A stretch of DNA of 64,000 bases. It comes from an uncultured virus (IMG/VR IMGVR_UViG_3300009158_000043) (lineage: Duplodnaviria > Heunggongvirae > Uroviricota > Caudoviricetes). Made by a program: the position numbers and the translations under genes. The first letter of the stretch is position 1; every line of letters starts with the position of its first letter. The notes below the pieces were generated by a model. The model worked only from the letters and a program-made list of their open reading frames with translations, searched no databases and was not told where the DNA came from. The stretch is from the IMG/VR virus record IMGVR_UViG_3300009158_000043. The stretch is one strand, 5' to 3'. Positions 1 through 9,491 of this stretch are shown here, one piece after another.

Positions 1-220
1 AAGTTATTAACAATTTCTAGCAGGGATTCCGTGTGTCTCAACTGATTTGCACTGAGCAGAGGTGCTTTGCACTGGGCGCATACTCAATTGAGACGCTTTG
101 CGCTGGGTGGATAAGCTAAAGAGACGCATAGCATTGGGCTAGCATTGGGAACATAATATGCTGAGACCCCTGCACAAGCAATGTCAACTGGTCACTACGG
201 AGTAAAGAAGTATTAACCCC

Positions 221-246
221 AAAAAGGCGAGCACTTAGACTCGCCT
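221..246 (-). terminator. Rho-independent terminator closing an early cassette
   Basis: Minus strand AGGCGAG-loop-CTCGCCT followed by a T run. Confidence 0.75.
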
Positions 247-267
247 CAATTGGAATAGTTGAATATT

Positions 268-378
268 CTATTTCTTCAACTTAGGTCGCGGCAGTGGCGG
301 GACTCCATCAATAAAGATAGTATATACTAAGGGTTGACCGACAATGTCTACTCTGATTACGAATTGAACTTTTTTCAT
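268..378 (-). CDS. 36-aa hypothetical early protein (MKKVQFVIRVD...)
   Basis: Translated by hand; abuts upstream ORF and ends just before the terminator. Confidence 0.55.
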   Translation of the reverse strand: MKKVQFVIRVDIVGQPLVYTIFIDGVPPLPRPKLKK

Positions 379-383
379 AGGAT

Positions 384-533
384 TTATTTGTTAAGTTTAG
401 TTGCGATGTTATTTCTAGTGACACTCTTCTTCATGACCGTGTGCCGCGCTCTGTAGGTTGTGTCACTAACCGAGTCCAGCGCGGCACAGCTCTGTAGTAG
501 GATAACTCCAAGTATGATGATTACTTTCTTCAT
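384..533 (-). CDS. 49-aa putative lipoprotein
   Basis: Translated by hand: MKKVIIILGVILLQSC, a signal peptide with lipobox-like Cys. Confidence 0.6.
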   Translation of the reverse strand: MKKVIIILGVILLQSCAALDSVSDTTYRARHTVMKKSVTRNNIATKLNK

Positions 534-537
534 CGGA

Positions 538-699
538 TTAGGCTTGAGGTCCAATTAAATCCCATGCAGTCTCTCCAATGGATTTCCCATTGCGAGTTAT
601 TTCATAGTTTGGGTCCATTCCGGAATCCATTACGTCTCTAAGCAACTCATCAATTGTTGCAAATTCTCTAGTGTAGTAATTACATTTTAATGAATACAT
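538..699 (-). CDS. 53-aa hypothetical early protein (MYSLKCNYYTREF...)
   Basis: Translated by hand; A-rich leader directly downstream of the repeated promoter motif. Confidence 0.65.
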   Translation of the reverse strand: MYSLKCNYYTREFATIDELLRDVMDSGMDPNYEITRNGKSIGETAWDLIGPQA

Positions 700-720
700 A
701 GTTTTAGTTTTTAAGTTATG

Positions 721-760
721 AGTAAAAGTAATACTATTAATCCACCGGAGAAAATCGTAG
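721..760 (-). promoter_or_regulatory. Repeated early promoter; copies near 1136-1183, 1421-1458, 3281-3322 and 3801-3841
   Basis: Minus strand CGATTTT..(C/A)GGT..N..TA(C/T)(T/A)TTTAC; resembles the Bacteroidota -7 element TAnnTTTG. Confidence 0.6.
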
Positions 761-937
761 AGTAGAAAGTTATGAACAATTATTTCTAGTAAATCAGTCG
801 GATTCCGCGCGTCTCAACTCGACTGAGGAGCTTTGCATCGGACACTTTCTTACATGAGACTCTTTGCACTGGGTGAATTGTGGCAAGAGACCCGTTCCGC
901 GTGACATCAAGCCAGCACAGGACTACGAAGTAAACCG

Positions 938-962
938 AAAAAAGGGAGCACCGCTCCCTTTC
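938..962 (-). terminator. Rho-independent terminator
   Basis: AAGGGAGC-loop-GCTCCCTT plus T run. Confidence 0.75.
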
Positions 963-991
963 TTGACCATGATAATGCCTAACCCCTTAAG

Positions 992-1114
992 TTACCATGG
1001 TGATGAGTTCATACTATGAACAATTGAATTATAGATTATTAATCCTACTAATCCAACCATCACACTAGTAATGAAGATTACTTCTATATTCTCTTTTTTC
1101 AAAATCTTTTTCAT
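992..1114 (-). CDS. 40-aa membrane peptide
   Basis: Translated by hand: MKKILKKENIEVIFITSVMVGLVGLIIYNS, one hydrophobic helix, downstream of a promoter copy. Confidence 0.6.
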   Translation of the reverse strand: MKKILKKENIEVIFITSVMVGLVGLIIYNSIVHSMNSSPW

Positions 1115-1178
1115 GTCTTTAAGTTTTTAAGTTTAAGTAAAAGTAACTAATTAATTCCACCTGATAAAATCGGGACAA

Positions 1179-1400
1179 TTATTTTTGTAGGATAACAAAA
1201 TCTCCAAAGTGTCGGTCGAACACCTCTACTGCATGGTCATAATCACTACTTATCATGTCCGCAGTAATCTCTCCGCCGTCTAGACCAAGTTGTCGAGCGA
1301 ATCTCTTAGCATAACCCATCAGACAAAACACATTGCCCTCTGGTCCAGACAAGTCAATCGTTATCGGTTGATCAGGTCTTTCTTCTTTTTCTCTTATCAT
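1179..1400 (-). CDS. Hypothetical phage early protein
   Basis: 73 aa, downstream of a promoter copy, IDLSGPEGN motif. Confidence 0.75.
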   Translation of the reverse strand: MIREKEERPDQPITIDLSGPEGNVFCLMGYAKRFARQLGLDGGEITADMISSDYDHAVEVFDRHFGDFVILQK

Positions 1401-1582
1401 AGTTATTTAGTTTTTAAGTTGAGTAAATATAAAACAAATATTTAACCGGAGAAAATTGAGAATCCTAAAGTTATGAACATCTTTAGGGTAGGAATCTTGG
1501 GATTACTTAGGTCTCTTGCCTAGTTGTACCAGACTGAGCGGGTCTCATGCTGTAAAATAGAGATGCACTCGTCTACAGGTTG

Positions 1583-1867
1583 TCAGGCAAGTGTCGGCAA
1601 GAGATCGCGCAACACCGCACACCGTTCCCATTCTTCAAGTGCAGAGAAGTGTAGAACAAGATTACTTATTTCTTCACGTAATATTGAGACTTCCAACGCC
1701 AGCTCATCGGGTGATTCGTCGAATAAGTCATGCGCGAGTCCAAGTTTCGCATGAAATTCTGACTCTACTGCTATAGTAAAGAGATCGATGCTTGCACGGT
1801 CTAGACCAAGTCCTGCTGAGAGTCGTTGCGCTTGCTCAATAATTTGATGTTCAAGCACGGTTACCAT
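1583..1867 (-). CDS. Hypothetical protein with UVR-like C-terminal motif
   Basis: 94 aa ending EEWERCAVLRD. Confidence 0.6.
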   Translation of the reverse strand: MVTVLEHQIIEQAQRLSAGLGLDRASIDLFTIAVESEFHAKLGLAHDLFDESPDELALEVSILREEISNLVLHFSALEEWERCAVLRDLLPTLA

Positions 1868-2070
1868 CCGGTAGAGAGGATTTTCCAGGTGGCACAGCCA
1901 GTTGTTGGTCGTAATGCTTTCGCTCGGAATTTCCGGTCACTCGCGTCGATCCATTCACAAGAGACTGTTACCCCGTCCGCCCACCGTGTTTTAATAAATT
2001 TTATTTCAGGTACAGAGCCTGCGCCATACAACTCAGTCATGATAGCTGTTTCGTCTGGACTCATATGCAT
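1861..2070 (-). CDS. Hypothetical protein
   Basis: 69-aa ORF overlapping the next gene start. Confidence 0.5.
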   Translation of the reverse strand: MHMSPDETAIMTELYGAGSVPEIKFIKTRWADGVTVSCEWIDASDRKFRAKALRPTTGCATWKILSTGW

Positions 2071-2213
2071 AAGAAGATTATAATTATTATATTTCTACTA
2101 TCGGGTTTGACCTAGGTTCTCTAGTAGGTGCATCTAATCAGAGGCGCTGTGGAAGGGAAAGGATTCCGATTTAACCGGATTTAAAAAGTAGGAGACTCCT
2201 CGTCAGGGCACAT

Positions 2214-2243
2214 AAAAAAAGAGCACACAGTTAGCATGCTCTT
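2214..2243 (-). terminator. Rho-independent terminator
   Basis: AAGAGCA-loop-TGCTCTT plus T run after ORF 2260-2571. Confidence 0.65.
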
Positions 2244-2259
2244 AATTTTTAAGAGAGAA

Positions 2260-2571
2260 TTAATCGTGGTGACAGTTAATTGCTTCAACTCCATCCCAGT
2301 CAGTGATGAATCGACTTCCGTCTACCATGTAGACTGTAAATACGTTGCGTGGGCAACCATATTCATCGAATCCACCGCCTGCAGTGTAGATACGAACTAC
2401 GTTTGCAGGAACAACTCTCATACCATGTCCAGTTCCAACGATACGACGAAGTGATCCGAATAAACTTGATCTGTACTCATTAACTCTTACTAGAGTTGAG
2501 TGACCTCCAGAAGTCATCGGAGCAGTTACTACTGGAGATACTACTTCAGGTGTTGTTTGTTCATTTGCCAT
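2260..2571 (-). CDS. Hypothetical protein
   Basis: 103 aa, AAAA-ATG start, terminator downstream. Confidence 0.7.
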   Translation of the reverse strand: MANEQTTPEVVSPVVTAPMTSGGHSTLVRVNEYRSSLFGSLRRIVGTGHGMRVVPANVVRIYTAGGGFDEYGCPRNVFTVYMVDGSRFITDWDGVEAINCHHD

Positions 2572-2757
2572 TTTTATGCGTGATTTTTTATTATTTATTC
2601 CAGACAGAGGAAGAAATAATAGAAATTAAATCCTATTTAAAACTATTTTGAATAGGCTGAGACCGCGACCAGTTGCTGATCACAACTTGTCTAAACAAGA
2701 ACAGAAATACACGACTAATAAAGAGGCACTCTACTCCGTGTCACTACGGAGTAAACC

Positions 2758-2785
2758 AAAAAAAGGAAGTCTAGCGACTTCCTTT
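2758..2785 (-). terminator. Rho-independent terminator
   Basis: AAAGGAAGTC-loop-GACTTCCTTT plus T run. Confidence 0.8.
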
Positions 2786-2808
2786 CCATTTTATTAGGGA
2801 GTTATTAT

Positions 2809-3096
2809 TTAATCTTCTTCACAATCATCTAAAATCGCGTCCTCTAAAGAAGACCAGTCAAAACCCGACGCGTCCAGTGCCTCTGTTATATCAACACCCG
2901 CAAATGTAACTTTATGTATTTCAAACTCGGCAGGTTCCGGCGGATCACCAGGATCTCCATTACTTCTATAAAACGAGCCGCCAACTTCGGGGTGATATTT
3001 CCCACTAACCGCAACTGTTATTTCAATACTACGCTCTACTGTCTTTATTGGATTAGCAGGCCATCGTTTTCTTCGGAACGACTCTTTCGTTTTCAT
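2809..3096 (-). CDS. Hypothetical protein (start moved to MKTKESF)
   Basis: ATG overlaps the stop of the upstream gene; GDPGDPPEP motif. Confidence 0.7.
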   Translation of the reverse strand: MKTKESFRRKRWPANPIKTVERSIEITVAVSGKYHPEVGGSFYRSNGDPGDPPEPAEFEIHKVTFAGVDITEALDASGFDWSSLEDAILDDCEED

Positions 3097-3266
3097 AGTA
3101 TTTGGTTTAGGACTCGTTGGACTTGCTCTGCATAGCTCATCAGCCATACTTTTATGTAATACTTTCCGTTTTCTTCACGACCCGCAACCACCCCTCCAAA
3201 TTCTTTCATCAGGTGGTGATACTGTTTTTCTGTTACGGTAATTGGTATATCATATCCTATTTTCAT
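3093..3266 (-). CDS. Hypothetical protein (start moved to MKIGYDIP)
   Basis: Directly downstream of a promoter copy. Confidence 0.65.
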   Translation of the reverse strand: MKIGYDIPITVTEKQYHHLMKEFGGVVAGREENGKYYIKVWLMSYAEQVQRVLNQIL

Positions 3267-3398
3267 AATGGCTTTATGTTTAAGTAAATATACAACAAAT
3301 CTTTCACCTGAAAAAATCGGGACCAAAATAATTTAGGGGAGAGACGTTTGCCTAGCCGGATTTACAATAAATAAAATTATTAAAATAACTGTTAAGCA

Positions 3399-3593
3399 AT
3401 GGAATTTAAGAAGTACACTCTGCGCAGCGGTGCAGAGATATTTATCAAGGCTGATGACAAGCTACGAGTCGGTTGCGATGTCTACACCAAACTTGCAGAT
3501 GGCACAATTGCTCCCCTCCAAGCACCAACCAACTTTACAGTTAATGTTACCTTGCGTGTAGAAGGCGGTAAGGTCTCTTCAATTACCAGCTGA
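3399..3593 (+). CDS. Hypothetical protein
   Basis: 64 aa, preceded by AATAAATAA, followed by a hairpin. Confidence 0.65.
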   Translation: MEFKKYTLRSGAEIFIKADDKLRVGCDVYTKLADGTIAPLQAPTNFTVNVTLRVEGGKVSSITS

Positions 3594-4010
3594 CTGTCAA
3601 GAGATATTTGCCAGCCTGACCTAAGCTGGTTAAACCCGAACTGAGACCCACTGAATCCAGCAAAGCTAGGGATAATCCGGAATTACCTGAAATGGTGCCA
3701 CCACGGCGAGTCTCAGCCATTCACTAGAGACCCAAACTATCCCTAATAACACCTAAACTTCTTCCTTCTTCCCCGTGGATTTCGTCCACCTCCGGCCGGT
3801 AAGTAAATATAATTCTTTTTTTTGTATTTAAAAAATCGGGAGCGTCTCAGCACCGGACGAGAGACACTGGATCAACAGATGTCCAGGTCAAAGTAGTATT
3901 AAGTGGACGAGAGACACGCCTTCCTTCCGTTCGACGGGGATTGCGCTTATCCTTTTTTTGATTGCAGAGAGTCTAGGACAAGACCAGATTCCAACTGATA
4001 TCTTTAGATC

Positions 4011-4119
4011 AAGTCCAATAGAGACTTATTGCGTAACTGGTTTACTCGGCAGCAGAAGTCCAACAGAGACTTATTGCGTAACTGGTTTACTCGGCAGCAG
4101 AAGTCCAACAGAGACTTAT
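4011..4119. repeat. 45-bp tandem repeat, about 2.4 copies
   Basis: AAGTCCAA(T/C)AGAGACTTATTGCGTAACTGGTTTACTCGGCAGCAG at 4011, 4056 and a partial copy at 4101. Confidence 0.95.
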
Positions 4120-4169
4120 CCCCAGCCAAGTATAAAAGATTCCATTTCAATAGGGCGTAAGGGAGTGCT

Positions 4170-4575
4170 CTCTGCTGGCCAGTCTGAGAGTTGACCGTAC
4201 TGCATGTATTGTAGCTTACCTGTCCGGCTGGCCAGTGAGAGACTCCTCGCCAGTCTGGCACGGCATCAGTACCTGTCCAGCCGGCCAGTAAGAGAGTCGT
4301 GGCCAGGCGCCTAGCAAATAGCTGCCAGGGGCTGCTGCCTGGCCGGCTGCTTGAGGTCACCTACCCAGGGGTACCCCTGGCCTGCCTGGCTGCCCCCGGT
4401 GGCCTCCTGGGGAGCGCCTGGCCGAGCGCCTGGATAGGCTAACCAGGAGACTATATAGGACAGGCTAGCAAAGACGAGCTAAATTTTGTGACTATAGGCC
4501 ACCTCCGCCCTGAAAACCCGTCCTCCCTCCGGGCGCAAAAAATCTCGGGAGCCGGGGACCACTCTCCAGGTCAAT
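4170..4575. other. GC-rich, probably non-coding block rich in CCAG/CTGG and CCWGG, at a gene-orientation switch
   Basis: Sharp GC rise against the AT-rich genome; repeated GGCCAG..GAGAG(A/T)C and GCCTGG words. Confidence 0.6.
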
Positions 4576-4715
4576 TCTCCAGTCCTATCTATGGCCACTC
4601 TCTACTTACTCTCTTTTTCTACTCCATCTTCTCTGAAATTAGTGCCTCTCTCCATACCAAAAAAATCCCCATGGCACTGAACTCCTGACCAGACTCTCAT
4701 GATATATAATCCTAT

Positions 4716-5213
4716 ATGAAATATATTAAATTATGGGAAGATCATTCAGAGGAACAGGGAGAATTCCTTAAGCGGATCGGTGCGGTTCTTGGTATTACTG
4801 GCCACTCGGATGAACTTGAGACTCTACTTAATTATGCTGCTCGTTCTCTTGGTACAGATACTGACTCTATTGAGTTGAAGGAGATTAGTGCGGATGAGCT
4901 GGCCCGGATTACTCAGGGTTGGCAGTGCCTTGGTTCAGTTGACTTGGCTGCCTTTGGTCACCTTGGCGGGGTCACTGGTCTAGAGTACGGGGAACGAATA
5001 ACTCCGGCAGAGTATGCGACTGTTCTGCAAAGGATCGAGACGGAGAGCCCAGAGTTATTTAAGAAGGACGGAGCATTTAAGTCTACCCGTGCATTTTGGC
5101 AGTGGATTGCTCGGAGACGGGAACTCACCAAGGAGTGGAGGTTTGTGATTGCAACTGGTCCGGCCGGTATATTTCTTATGTGGGAGAAGGGCACCTCACC
5201 AAGGATCCCCTAG
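4716..5213 (+). CDS. Hypothetical, putative head-internal protein
   Basis: 165 aa; N-terminus MKYIKLWED. Confidence 0.75.
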   Translation: MKYIKLWEDHSEEQGEFLKRIGAVLGITGHSDELETLLNYAARSLGTDTDSIELKEISADELARITQGWQCLGSVDLAAFGHLGGVTGLEYGERITPAEYATVLQRIETESPELFKKDGAFKSTRAFWQWIARRRELTKEWRFVIATGPAGIFLMWEKGTSPRIP

Positions 5214-5260
5214 CAGAGGGACAAAATAAATGAATAACTAACTAAAAAAGTAACATTGAC

Positions 5261-5362
5261 ATGAGCAATTATATTAAGAACTTTAACGCTTTCGTCAATG
5301 AAATGGCCAAAGGAGACTATTTTCACTCGACTGGACGTGACCGAACCATGTATGGTCAGTAG
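5261..5362 (+). CDS. 33-aa peptide with capsid-targeting-like N-terminus
   Basis: Translated by hand: MSNYIKNFNAFVNEMAKG... Confidence 0.45.
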   Translation: MSNYIKNFNAFVNEMAKGDYFHSTGRDRTMYGQ

Positions 5363-5447
5363 ACGAACATAATCTTATATTTAGACATAGTCGATAAAAC
5401 ATATTAAGAAATATCCTGGACTAGATACAAAATAAATTGAATACACC

Positions 5448-6059
5448 GTGCAGAGTAACTTATTAGATTTTAGTCAATGGATTCAGGAGGGTGTCGACAA
5501 CTCCTTTGATATTGGGGACGGGGCACCGGTACCTGGGTGGATCGCACCAACTCATGAGCAACTGGCCGATCTTTTCTGGTTCAAGACTCTTCGTCGAGTT
5601 TTGGAAACAGTCGGCGGCAGTTCCTCCTGGATAACCGGTGACCGAGCCTATGCCAATGGTACTCGGGTCATGAGTTGTCGAATAGACGATACTTATTCCT
5701 ATCACGATGAAAGGTTTGCTTTCTATCCAAAGAACGGTACGATCGTTAATCCTGACGGTGGACGTTCAGTTAAGAGCGGCCTACCATTTGCCACGCTAGA
5801 AGACTGGAACTTAGCACTGGCGTGGATCTATTTTAACACACTGGCACGATTTATCATGACTGCCAAGCCAAAGGAGATCAGCAAACTCGTCTTGGCCAAG
5901 GATTCAGATGCCTTGGAGCAGATGTTTAGTGACGCCAATCAATTTCGTGAAAGAAACCATATTGCTCTACTGCCGGAAGGTTTTCTCTTTGCGATACTTA
6001 CCCAATCTCCAGAAGAGGTCGAAGTGATGCAAGATCTACGTCGACTTGGACTACTCTAA
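5448..6059 (+). CDS. Hypothetical protein
   Basis: 203 aa, GTG start, DFSQWIQE motif. Confidence 0.75.
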   Translation: MQSNLLDFSQWIQEGVDNSFDIGDGAPVPGWIAPTHEQLADLFWFKTLRRVLETVGGSSSWITGDRAYANGTRVMSCRIDDTYSYHDERFAFYPKNGTIVNPDGGRSVKSGLPFATLEDWNLALAWIYFNTLARFIMTAKPKEISKLVLAKDSDALEQMFSDANQFRERNHIALLPEGFLFAILTQSPEEVEVMQDLRRLGLL

Positions 6060-6292
6060 AATAATTTGGAATGTGGAAACAAGTGGTATTTTCTCCGCCA
6101 AGCTAATTAAGTTAGGTCAAATAGCAGGACACACTCCTAACTCCGCACCTTTGTCTAGGGTCAAAGTGCCGGATCCTGTCGAGATGGTAGTTACCCGGTC
6201 ACTTGGTCGAGTTGCTTTTGAACCCAATGGAATAGTCACATGTGACCAGACAAAAATCCAATTCTTGGGTTCATAACAAATAAATAACAATA

Positions 6293-6649
6293 ATGAAGCA
6301 TATTCGAAAATTTATCCTAGAGTCAAAGTCAACTACTGAGACTGAATTTGAAGTACTTCAAAGTTTACACAAACTTGGACTAGTCGACGATTCTGAACTT
6401 ATCGCGTATCAATATATGATTTCAGGAAGCATTGGAGATCTCGATTTACGAGGTACTTCAATCCAGAGTCTGCCAGCTGGGCTACGAGTTGACGGAGATC
6501 TCGATTTACGAGGTACTCCAATCCAGAGTCTGCCAGCTGGGCTACGAGTTGGCGGAGATCTCTATTTAAGTGGTACTCCTATTGCAAAGAAGTATAGTCG
6601 TGTACAATTAAAAAAAATGTGTCCCGGAGTAAAAGGTAGTATAGTATAA
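6293..6649 (+). CDS. Small leucine-rich-repeat-like protein
   Basis: GDLDLRGTxIQSLPAGLRV repeats encoded by a 60-bp tandem repeat at about 6434-6580. Confidence 0.8.
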   Translation: MKHIRKFILESKSTTETEFEVLQSLHKLGLVDDSELIAYQYMISGSIGDLDLRGTSIQSLPAGLRVDGDLDLRGTPIQSLPAGLRVGGDLYLSGTPIAKKYSRVQLKKMCPGVKGSIV

Positions 6650-6678
6650 TTATATAAACAGTAAAATAACTAATAAAA

Positions 6679-7296
6679 ATGGAACTACTATCATTCAAAT
6701 TATACGAAGCCGTTATTGATTGGTGTAGCCAAGAACTCGAAGACTTTGAAGAGGCCGTGCTCTCTGCACGCTTGCCGATGTCAACTGAAGAACTTGCCGA
6801 GATTGGTGCACAATTTGGTGTCGAAGTAGTTGACTACGAAACATTCTATGCTGAATTATCTGACGCGCATAAAGCAACTGCTCCACCGAAGGGAGTACCA
6901 GCATTTGCCACAGTCAATGCAGACACAATGCGTCCACGAGTAATCATAAGTGCCCCTAGAGTAGACCATCGACTATTCGATTATATCTTTCACATGCTAA
7001 AACATGAAATGGTACACGTTGGCCAATGGTCACGACGTGCAGTTCACCGTGATGATGTGACTGACCCAACTGACCGTAAAGCTTATTTTTCAGACAAGGA
7101 CGAGATCATGGCATTTTCCCAATCAGTAGTCGATCAACTACTTAAGATGAGAATTAGTACACCTCAACAGGGTATCGAAAGGTTACCCGAACTTCGTCTC
7201 TACCAGGATATTCGTAAACATGTAGATCCGGAAGTCCTAAAGAGATATCATAAATACATTTATCTCTATTTAGAACAGGAACTAGCAGATAAATAA
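6679..7296 (+). CDS. Zincin-like (HEXXH) protein
   Basis: HEMVH plus downstream E in DEIMAF. Confidence 0.7.
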   Translation: MELLSFKLYEAVIDWCSQELEDFEEAVLSARLPMSTEELAEIGAQFGVEVVDYETFYAELSDAHKATAPPKGVPAFATVNADTMRPRVIISAPRVDHRLFDYIFHMLKHEMVHVGQWSRRAVHRDDVTDPTDRKAYFSDKDEIMAFSQSVVDQLLKMRISTPQQGIERLPELRLYQDIRKHVDPEVLKRYHKYIYLYLEQELADK

Positions 7297-7319
7297 TTAA
7301 AATTATCAGCTTAATTTTC

Positions 7320-9215
7320 ATGCGATACTTACTTAGAATAAATGAAGTAGTCGACACTTTGCCAGAAATGGAAGTAGAGACTGGACACAAATCACCGAAT
7401 TCCGCAGGTCTCAACCGAGATGAAATCTTAGCACTTATTGACTCAGCAATTGAAAACGATAATTTTGGGGAAGCAAAAGAGCTTTTAGCCCAATTGCATG
7501 GAGTTCAAGAAAGTGGACTATTTAATTATCTACAATATACTGCAATTAATGAAAGCGTACAGGATGGTAAAGCCATCGTGCAAAAACTAGCAGATGACGA
7601 AATCAGAAAGTCAATCGCTCGACTTACCCGCGAGACAATGGATCCTCTACCTGATGAAGCAAAAGCAGAACGTGTTGCTGAGATAAAGGAGAGAGTCACA
7701 ACTAAATATTTTGGACCAAAATCTGATTTTGAAGCAATTAAAATATTATTACGTAAAAATCCTAGTTGGGTTGGTGCATTTACTCGTTTTAAATTTGAAC
7801 AGGGAGCAACCATCGCACTTGATCCAACTAAACCCGGCGACTTGGATTCACTTCAAAAATCTTTAGTTGATCTTCGTGATTCAATCGAAGACACAATGGG
7901 ATTGTTAGATCAGTATTCCAAAATACAACCTGAAGAAGGAGAAGTTGAACCAGGATTTGAAAAGCTTGGAGATTATTTGAATAAATTATTTGAACTTCGT
8001 CGAGGTAAATGGATAGTTAAAGCACTTGTAACGAAGGCAGCAACTGCAATTGGGCAACAGGTTAATCTTCGTGAAGACTATAAAAACTCAGACAGGGATA
8101 TTCAGCTTGCTCTACTTAAAGCAGCGGCTGAACTTAGTGACTTAAATAAACCAGCGCTAATCAAATTAGTGACTGGACAAATTAGCGGAAAACCGTCAAT
8201 TGCAGCAGTATTAGAATTAGTTCAAAATACGATTAAAAATACAAGCACTGACCGTGGTAAACTTATTGAAGCGGCAATTGCTGCATATCCAAGTGTCGCT
8301 ATTCTCTATGCAGACGGAGACTATTTTGTATTTTCATTTCGTAATGATTCACAACTGCCTTTTCTTTGTGCAAAAGCCTCAGGCTGGTGTATTCAACCAA
8401 GCTGGTATAATAAAGGAATGGCAGATAGATTTTGGAATTATGCCTCAGGCTCACTACAATTAGGAATTATTGATTTTACAGTAGATCCAAGTAGTCCATA
8501 CCATACTCTCGGAGTAACTATTACTCCAGATAAGCGTGTTACAAATATGTGTAATCAACCAAATCACTGTACTTCAGGTTCAAGCTTCCTTACTCTATTT
8601 AAAGGATTTGACTGCAGCGATGGACAGCATAGTTATCCTCAAGAATTAATTGATGCCGTTGCTGAAAATTTCGATCGTGAAGTACAGCTTAAGACAAAAA
8701 CCGATACTATCTATAAACAAATTAAAGAGTACTCGACTGGTGAAACGTCATATGAGGAAGCACTTTCAAAAACTTTAATTGGTCTAGTTAGAGACATGGA
8801 AAAATTGACAAAAACTGCCAATTTAACTACTGACTCGCTTAAATCTAACAGTGAAGATAATATTGCAAATCAAGTTATTGCCTCAGAGATTAAAAATCTA
8901 CGTGGATCAAAGGCAATGGATAAAGTACAAGGAGACTTTGTTCATAAATACACTCAAGGAATGCAACCGCTTCCTTCAGCTGCCGATGTTAAAATTTTCG
9001 AAATAATTTTGGAAGGTTCACCACGACTAAACTCAGATATACTTAACACGATTATTCGAAATAATCAACAAGCGATTGGAGTATTAGATGCAGGCATTAA
9101 GAAAATTGGAGCATCAGTAGATAGTCCACTTGTTCGAAAAATTAAAATGCTACACGTTTCACTCGGCGAAGCGATGATTGCACTAGAAGTATTAAAAGAA
9201 AAATTAAAAAAATAA
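7320..9215 (+). CDS. Large hypothetical protein
   Basis: 631 aa, SGWCI motif; ATAAATAA upstream. Confidence 0.8.
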   Translation: MRYLLRINEVVDTLPEMEVETGHKSPNSAGLNRDEILALIDSAIENDNFGEAKELLAQLHGVQESGLFNYLQYTAINESVQDGKAIVQKLADDEIRKSIARLTRETMDPLPDEAKAERVAEIKERVTTKYFGPKSDFEAIKILLRKNPSWVGAFTRFKFEQGATIALDPTKPGDLDSLQKSLVDLRDSIEDTMGLLDQYSKIQPEEGEVEPGFEKLGDYLNKLFELRRGKWIVKALVTKAATAIGQQVNLREDYKNSDRDIQLALLKAAAELSDLNKPALIKLVTGQISGKPSIAAVLELVQNTIKNTSTDRGKLIEAAIAAYPSVAILYADGDYFVFSFRNDSQLPFLCAKASGWCIQPSWYNKGMADRFWNYASGSLQLGIIDFTVDPSSPYHTLGVTITPDKRVTNMCNQPNHCTSGSSFLTLFKGFDCSDGQHSYPQELIDAVAENFDREVQLKTKTDTIYKQIKEYSTGETSYEEALSKTLIGLVRDMEKLTKTANLTTDSLKSNSEDNIANQVIASEIKNLRGSKAMDKVQGDFVHKYTQGMQPLPSAADVKIFEIILEGSPRLNSDILNTIIRNNQQAIGVLDAGIKKIGASVDSPLVRKIKMLHVSLGEAMIALEVLKEKLKK

Positions 9216-9221
9216 GAGCAC

Positions 9222-9491
9222 ATGAAACGTATTAAACGTCTTAATGAATTTTTAGCAGCTGAACCTGCAATCAAACCAACAACTGCTCCTCCAGTAACGA
9301 CTCCGCAAACGCCGACTCGCCCACAGAGACCAGGACCGATGATTCGTCCTGGAGAAAAAGAGAAAGAGAAACCAATGGCTGTATTAAATACTGTGCTAGA
9401 TCAGTTTTTTGCAGAGCTTGAGGAAATCAAAGACACTCCACAAGGAGAAGAAATTATCAAAAAACTCTATAAGAAATATGCAAAAAATTAA
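9222..9491 (+). CDS. Proline-rich small protein
   Basis: 89 aa, RLNEFL N-terminus. Confidence 0.75.
   Translation: MKRIKRLNEFLAAEPAIKPTTAPPVTTPQTPTRPQRPGPMIRPGEKEKEKPMAVLNTVLDQFFAELEEIKDTPQGEEIIKKLYKKYAKN

Noticed and set aside
4011..4119. CRISPR array
   Set aside because: Units are head-to-tail copies with no unique spacers, and no cas genes are in the window.
3958..4360. ORFs 3958-4194 (+) and 4004-4360 (-)
   Set aside because: Their peptides simply mirror the 45-bp repeat and GC-rich block and lack normal start context.
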